This document shows positions 59,751 through 64,000 of a stretch of DNA of 64,000 bases, one piece after another. The position numbers and the translations under genes were made by a program. Source of the DNA: Promethearchaeota archaeon (GTDB lineage Archaea > Asgardarchaeota > Heimdallarchaeia > Hodarchaeales > Hodarchaeaceae); the NCBI GenBank assembly GCA_048938105.1, contig JBHLMN010000023.1, positions 40,254 to 104,253 of the forward strand. Reading direction: 5' to 3'. Below the pieces are notes generated by a model, which saw nothing but the letters and a program-made list of their open reading frames with translations, had not been told where the DNA came from and did not search any database. Position 1 is the stretch's first letter, and every line of letters starts with the position of its first letter.

Positions 59751-60560
59751 ATGAGTTCGATGAAGTTGAATTGGGGGTTTTTTGAGTTTCATCTCGAATA
59801 TTTAACTCGTTTTTTCCTTCAAGATGGATATGGGATGATAGACTATATTTTGATTTTCCTTGGTCCAGGGACAGTTTTATTCTTTACATTCTACCTTTTA
59901 TGGGCTGGAAGGCGAAAAAATCGCAAAATTATGCATTTATCACGTGAAGCTTTACTAGATGTCTTTGCAAACGAATTTGATGATCTAGTTATGGAGCAGA
60001 TGAGTTCAAACGGGGGTTTATTAATTCCCAAGTACAAGAAATCTTATGATATACCTTTCCAAGATTTTCGTGTAGTATTTGCCCTAGAAGAAAGGCATCT
60101 CATGTTATCAGTCATCATCTCATGGTTTTCAGGAGTAAATGATTATATTGCACTAGAGGCAAACTCGAAAAAGGGAGAAGTACGTACTCAAATTCCTACC
60201 AAGATTCAAATTATACCTAAACATGAAGAAGGTCAAATAAGAAAACATCAGGATCTCCTGTTTAAACTGGAAGATATTGAACTTGGAGTAAAAAGATTTG
60301 ATGATGTTTTTTTGGTGAAAGCGACCACCCAACGGACAGGAACATACTTTCTAGGTGATAAAAACCTTCTGAAACTAATTCACAATGTTAGAAAAGTAAT
60401 TGTTAGAATTTCAGTTGATTCTGCTGACGACCCATCTCTTCGTATTTATGCACGAATTAACAAAGATTTGAATCTTGAGAGGTTACACGCCCTTTTCATT
60501 GCATTTTGTGATCGGATTAATGAGGTTTCTGAAAAAGTGGTCATGAAGAAAAAACGATAG
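59751..60560 (+). CDS. Single-TM protein, CCDC47 (PAT complex)-like
   Basis: TM followed by GRRKNRKI; LEERHLMLSVII.WF....D.IAL motif. Confidence 0.5.
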   Translation: MSSMKLNWGFFEFHLEYLTRFFLQDGYGMIDYILIFLGPGTVLFFTFYLLWAGRRKNRKIMHLSREALLDVFANEFDDLVMEQMSSNGGLLIPKYKKSYDIPFQDFRVVFALEERHLMLSVIISWFSGVNDYIALEANSKKGEVRTQIPTKIQIIPKHEEGQIRKHQDLLFKLEDIELGVKRFDDVFLVKATTQRTGTYFLGDKNLLKLIHNVRKVIVRISVDSADDPSLRIYARINKDLNLERLHALFIAFCDRINEVSEKVVMKKKR

Positions 60561-60604
60561 ATTGATACAGTTCAAACATTTGAGAAATTTAATCTAGATA
60601 TTGG

Positions 60605-61168
60605 TTATAAAAGATCGATTTTTTCAGTCACTCTTTGACGGAGCCATTCAAGTCCTTCCTCGACGTTAAAACCAGTTTTAGCTGAAGTGGGAACGATAGC
60701 ATATGAATGTGTCGTGACTTTGTGAAGGTTAAGCCCTCGCGCAACCTCTCCAGCTGAAGCAGCATTTTCTAGATCTTGCTTGTTGGCAAGTACTAAAATT
60801 GGTATGTTTTCTACCTTATCATTGTCAAGGACATATTTCCATAACTCCATCCTAGCTTCAGTGAGTCTGGGCCTATCAGCTGAATCTACTACATATACGA
60901 TTCCCATACTACCTGACATGTAGCTTTCCCAAAGAGATTCACGAAAAGCTTCTTGTCCCCCAATATCCCAAGAAATAAATCGTACATTCCCAGAACTGAA
61001 TTCATCAACATTCATCCCCAGTGTTCGGAAAGTACTACTGTTAAATTCTCCAGAAGTAATTCGTTTGACTAATGTGGTTTTTCCAGCCTGGTCAAGACCT
61101 AACCACGCAATTTTCACAGTTAACTTTTCTTTGGCAAATTTAGCACGGAGCTTTGAAAGGAAACTCAT
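60605..61168 (-). CDS. Arf-family small GTPase
   Basis: Amphipathic N-helix, GLDQAGKTT, TLG.N, WDIGGQ, NKQD, SAKTG. Confidence 0.95.
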   Translation of the reverse strand: MSFLSKLRAKFAKEKLTVKIAWLGLDQAGKTTLVKRITSGEFNSSTFRTLGMNVDEFSSGNVRFISWDIGGQEAFRESLWESYMSGSMGIVYVVDSADRPRLTEARMELWKYVLDNDKVENIPILVLANKQDLENAASAGEVARGLNLHKVTTHSYAIVPTSAKTGFNVEEGLEWLRQRVTEKIDLL

Positions 61169-61177
61169 TTAGGGCAC

Positions 61178-61729
61178 CTATCTGCTTTTCTGTGACATTC
61201 TACGTTGAAACCTGTCGCTCATCCACTGCCAAGGTTCCTCAACCCCTTCACCTGTTAAGGCTGAGCATGGGTAGACTGCGAATGTTCTTGGTCTTGCAGC
61301 CATCTCCTTCTCGAGCTCTAACGTGTGGATAATTCTTTCCAATGTCATTGCTTCTCTTAAATCTTGTTTATTTGCCAAGAAAAGGAATGCAGAGTCTTCT
61401 GGCGCCCATTGAATGACATTTTTCAACCATTTTCCTGCATTTTCAACTTTAGATCTGTCTGCAGAATCAAATACAAACACAATACCTGATGCATCTGAAA
61501 CAAATGGTTTCCATAGGCTAGTAGGAAATGTGGCTTGACCACCCAGATCTGCTGCCATTACTTCAATATTGCCAATTTTTAAAGTTTCAATATTCATCCC
61601 CATTGTTGGAACGGTCTCTAAATCATCATCTCCCTTAAGTCTTTTTACTAATGTAGTTTTCCCCGCATTTGCAAGACCAACAAATGCTATCTGATTTTCT
61701 ATTTCTCGACCAAACAATTTTGTCGGCAT
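61178..61729 (-). CDS. Arf/Sar-family small GTPase
   Basis: GLANAGKTT, PTMG.N, DLGGQ, NKQD, CSALTG. Confidence 0.93.
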   Translation of the reverse strand: MPTKLFGREIENQIAFVGLANAGKTTLVKRLKGDDDLETVPTMGMNIETLKIGNIEVMAADLGGQATFPTSLWKPFVSDASGIVFVFDSADRSKVENAGKWLKNVIQWAPEDSAFLFLANKQDLREAMTLERIIHTLELEKEMAARPRTFAVYPCSALTGEGVEEPWQWMSDRFQRRMSQKSR

Positions 61730-61926
61730 TTAAATTCCCTTTCAGACAGTATATTAAGTCAAAGCTATTAAATGGTAAAAGATACGATATTTACTACTGA
61801 ATGTCTGTTTTAAGTATCATTTTGTTCTATTCTATTCTGATTTAAATCTCAAGGTAATTTTTAAGGGTAATGTACCTATTATCAATGTTTATTTGATGAT
61901 TTATATTGGTTATTATAAACTACTTC

Positions 61927-63834
61927 TTAAACTTCACGAGTGAATATGGGTTGATGAGATACCAGTCTTGGAATAACCCGATAAAATGATGGCATTTCAA
62001 TAATATGGCTCTCAATATAGCTTATTACTTCTTTTAAAGGTTGAAATTCTTGAGTATTTTTCTTTCGATAGCGGACACTAACCTTATCTTGATTTGCTTC
62101 ATTTTCACCAATTACAAAAATCAAGGGGGTCCATAGTTTTTCTGCAGCACGAATTTTCTTTGCAAGTGAGAGATCACGATCATCTATTTCCACTCGAATG
62201 TTTTTCTTTTCTAATTTTCCTGCAATTTGTTCAGAATAAGGTAGAAATTCTTCTGTGACTGGTAAAATGCGAACTTGGATAGGTGAGAGCCATAGCGGAA
62301 GTTGAGGTTTAAGACCTTTCTGTATTTGCTTGATTTGTTCCTCAAGAATTCCATATATTACTCGTTCAGTTGAACCTGATAATGAACAGTGTAATAACAA
62401 AGGATATACTTCTTGACCTTGTTTATCAATATATTTGATATTAAAGCGTTCTGAGTTTTCCACGTCTATTTGGACTGTTGATAGGGCTCCAGCCTTCCGC
62501 TGGCCATCAACAATGTTAAATTCAAATTTTAAAATGAAATATGCGTATCTTGTGTTGAACAATTCAAGTAGGATAGGTTTATCTAGGTTTTTTATCAAAG
62601 AAATAATCCAATTTTTATTATCTTCATAAAATTCGGTTGTCATCCGAAATGCTGTTTCGTAACTAACCTCAATATCCTGCATATACTGAAAAGCAAGCTT
62701 GAATTGGGCTTCAAACTCTTTTTTAGCTGCTGACATGTCTATAACTGCGGTGTGCAAGTCTGGCATGGTGAATGCACGAAGACGGCGAATTCCAGCCAGT
62801 TCTCCACGTTGTTCTCGTCTGAAAGAATCAGTTATTTCAAACATTTTTAGAGGAAGTTGTCGATAGCTAATTATCGCGTCAGATAGAGTTAGAAATTGAC
62901 CAAAACAAGCTGAAAACCTTAGGAAGTAATCTTTATCGCCAGATTTTACGATATATTGACGTGCAGGAAAACGCTCCAAATACTTTTTGAGCGAAGGATG
63001 ATCATAGGAATACATTATGGGAGTTTCAACAACCATGGCTCCATATCTGATTGCCATCTCGAGTACATGGCTTTCAATTAAATGTTTGACAATGTACCCT
63101 CTGGGAAGAATACGAAAATTCCCAGCATCACTACCTTCTTCATAATCGATTAATTCTAATTGCTTCATGAATGCAACATGTTTAGGAGGAGAACTAACAG
63201 TCCTGTCTTTTGCAGTTTCGTAGTTTACAAATATTTGGAAGTCGTTAAGGTCTTCATAATTAAAAGTATTATGTGGAATCAATTTTCCAGTTTGAGTAAG
63301 GATAAAAAATTGAGATTTCGTTTCATCTTCAGCAGCAATTGCTGTGGTAACTTCGACTGTTGGCTTTAACTTTATTTCTTTTTTTTCGCCTGTAATCTCT
63401 TTAGAGCGCTCTGCAAGGGCATGCCCCTTACATTGTAGAGAGAAAGCCTTGTAATACCCGAAAGGAGCACGTATGATACTTAAATTTGGAAATTCTGACT
63501 TTAATTCTATCTCTAATGTTTGTAGAATACGTAATGCATCAGCTGGTTTTGCTGGGGTTGTTTTAACGAGATGTACCCAAGGATAAAGTATAACATTAGT
63601 CTCTTTAATATCTTCTAATGCTTTTTGAATCTCTAAAATCGATTTCTTATTTAATAGGGAAGTATTGTTAGTATCATCAATCTCCACACCAATAAAAATA
63701 ACCATTACGGAGTTTTTTGTACTGTATTCTCCTAATATATAATCTGTTAACGATTCAGCGTTACTTACTGCTTTATCATTAACTTTCCAGCTAAATCCAT
63801 CTGAATGAATTAATAATAACTGCATTATAACCAC
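61927..63834 (-). CDS. thrS: Threonyl-tRNA synthetase, archaeal type with N-terminal editing domain
   Basis: LLLIHSD, YPWVHL, RAPFGYYK, FLRFSACFGQF, SFRREQ.GE, LHCS, LPLWLSP.QVR. Confidence 0.97.
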   Translation of the reverse strand: MVIMQLLLIHSDGFSWKVNDKAVSNAESLTDYILGEYSTKNSVMVIFIGVEIDDTNNTSLLNKKSILEIQKALEDIKETNVILYPWVHLVKTTPAKPADALRILQTLEIELKSEFPNLSIIRAPFGYYKAFSLQCKGHALAERSKEITGEKKEIKLKPTVEVTTAIAAEDETKSQFFILTQTGKLIPHNTFNYEDLNDFQIFVNYETAKDRTVSSPPKHVAFMKQLELIDYEEGSDAGNFRILPRGYIVKHLIESHVLEMAIRYGAMVVETPIMYSYDHPSLKKYLERFPARQYIVKSGDKDYFLRFSACFGQFLTLSDAIISYRQLPLKMFEITDSFRREQRGELAGIRRLRAFTMPDLHTAVIDMSAAKKEFEAQFKLAFQYMQDIEVSYETAFRMTTEFYEDNKNWIISLIKNLDKPILLELFNTRYAYFILKFEFNIVDGQRKAGALSTVQIDVENSERFNIKYIDKQGQEVYPLLLHCSLSGSTERVIYGILEEQIKQIQKGLKPQLPLWLSPIQVRILPVTEEFLPYSEQIAGKLEKKNIRVEIDDRDLSLAKKIRAAEKLWTPLIFVIGENEANQDKVSVRYRKKNTQEFQPLKEVISYIESHIIEMPSFYRVIPRLVSHQPIFTREV

Positions 63835-64000
63835 GATACTTTATTTAAACTTTTTCTAGGTCTAAGTAACCTGGATTTCCTTCATCAAAAGTATTTTTCT
63901 AGTAAATTCCTCTATTATACTTCCCGTTCCTTGATACCTATGCTTTTATTGCTTACAATAAAAGCAGATCATTCCTGATTCATAAAGTCGGGCCTAGAAA

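Overview
AT-rich, gene-dense archaeal chromosome segment. Archaeal informational genes (TBP, Nop5/fibrillarin, Rpo7/Rpo8/Spt4, KEOPS, PolB1, GINS, aIF2) occur together with many eukaryotic-signature proteins, which points to an Asgard archaeon (Heimdallarchaeia-like; inference). No CRISPR array, rRNA or mobile element is evident. Two tRNAs were found: Leu-GAG, and a Thr-GGT carrying two introns, one in the D-loop. Two small genes missing from the ORF track were recovered (rps27ae, nop10). The most striking region is 51.6-61.7 kb, a complete ubiquitin-like conjugation locus: a Ubl ending in GG with UFM1-like features, a UBA3-type E1, an E2, a UEV protein, a JAB protease and a UFL1-like winged-helix/PCI/RING E3. 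It is flanked by an ESCRT-II Vps22/36-like gene, an SPFH protein, a CCDC47-like membrane protein and two Arf-family GTPases. Other highlights are a WAVE/WASP-like polyproline protein with a Trp-acidic tail, a divergent TRAP-beta/Get3 pair, an MglA/roadblock module next to a prepilin peptidase, an orphan A/V-ATPase B subunit, and a catalytically dead LAGLIDADG-coiled-coil-wHTH protein. All homology calls are by-eye motif recognition; no searches were run.
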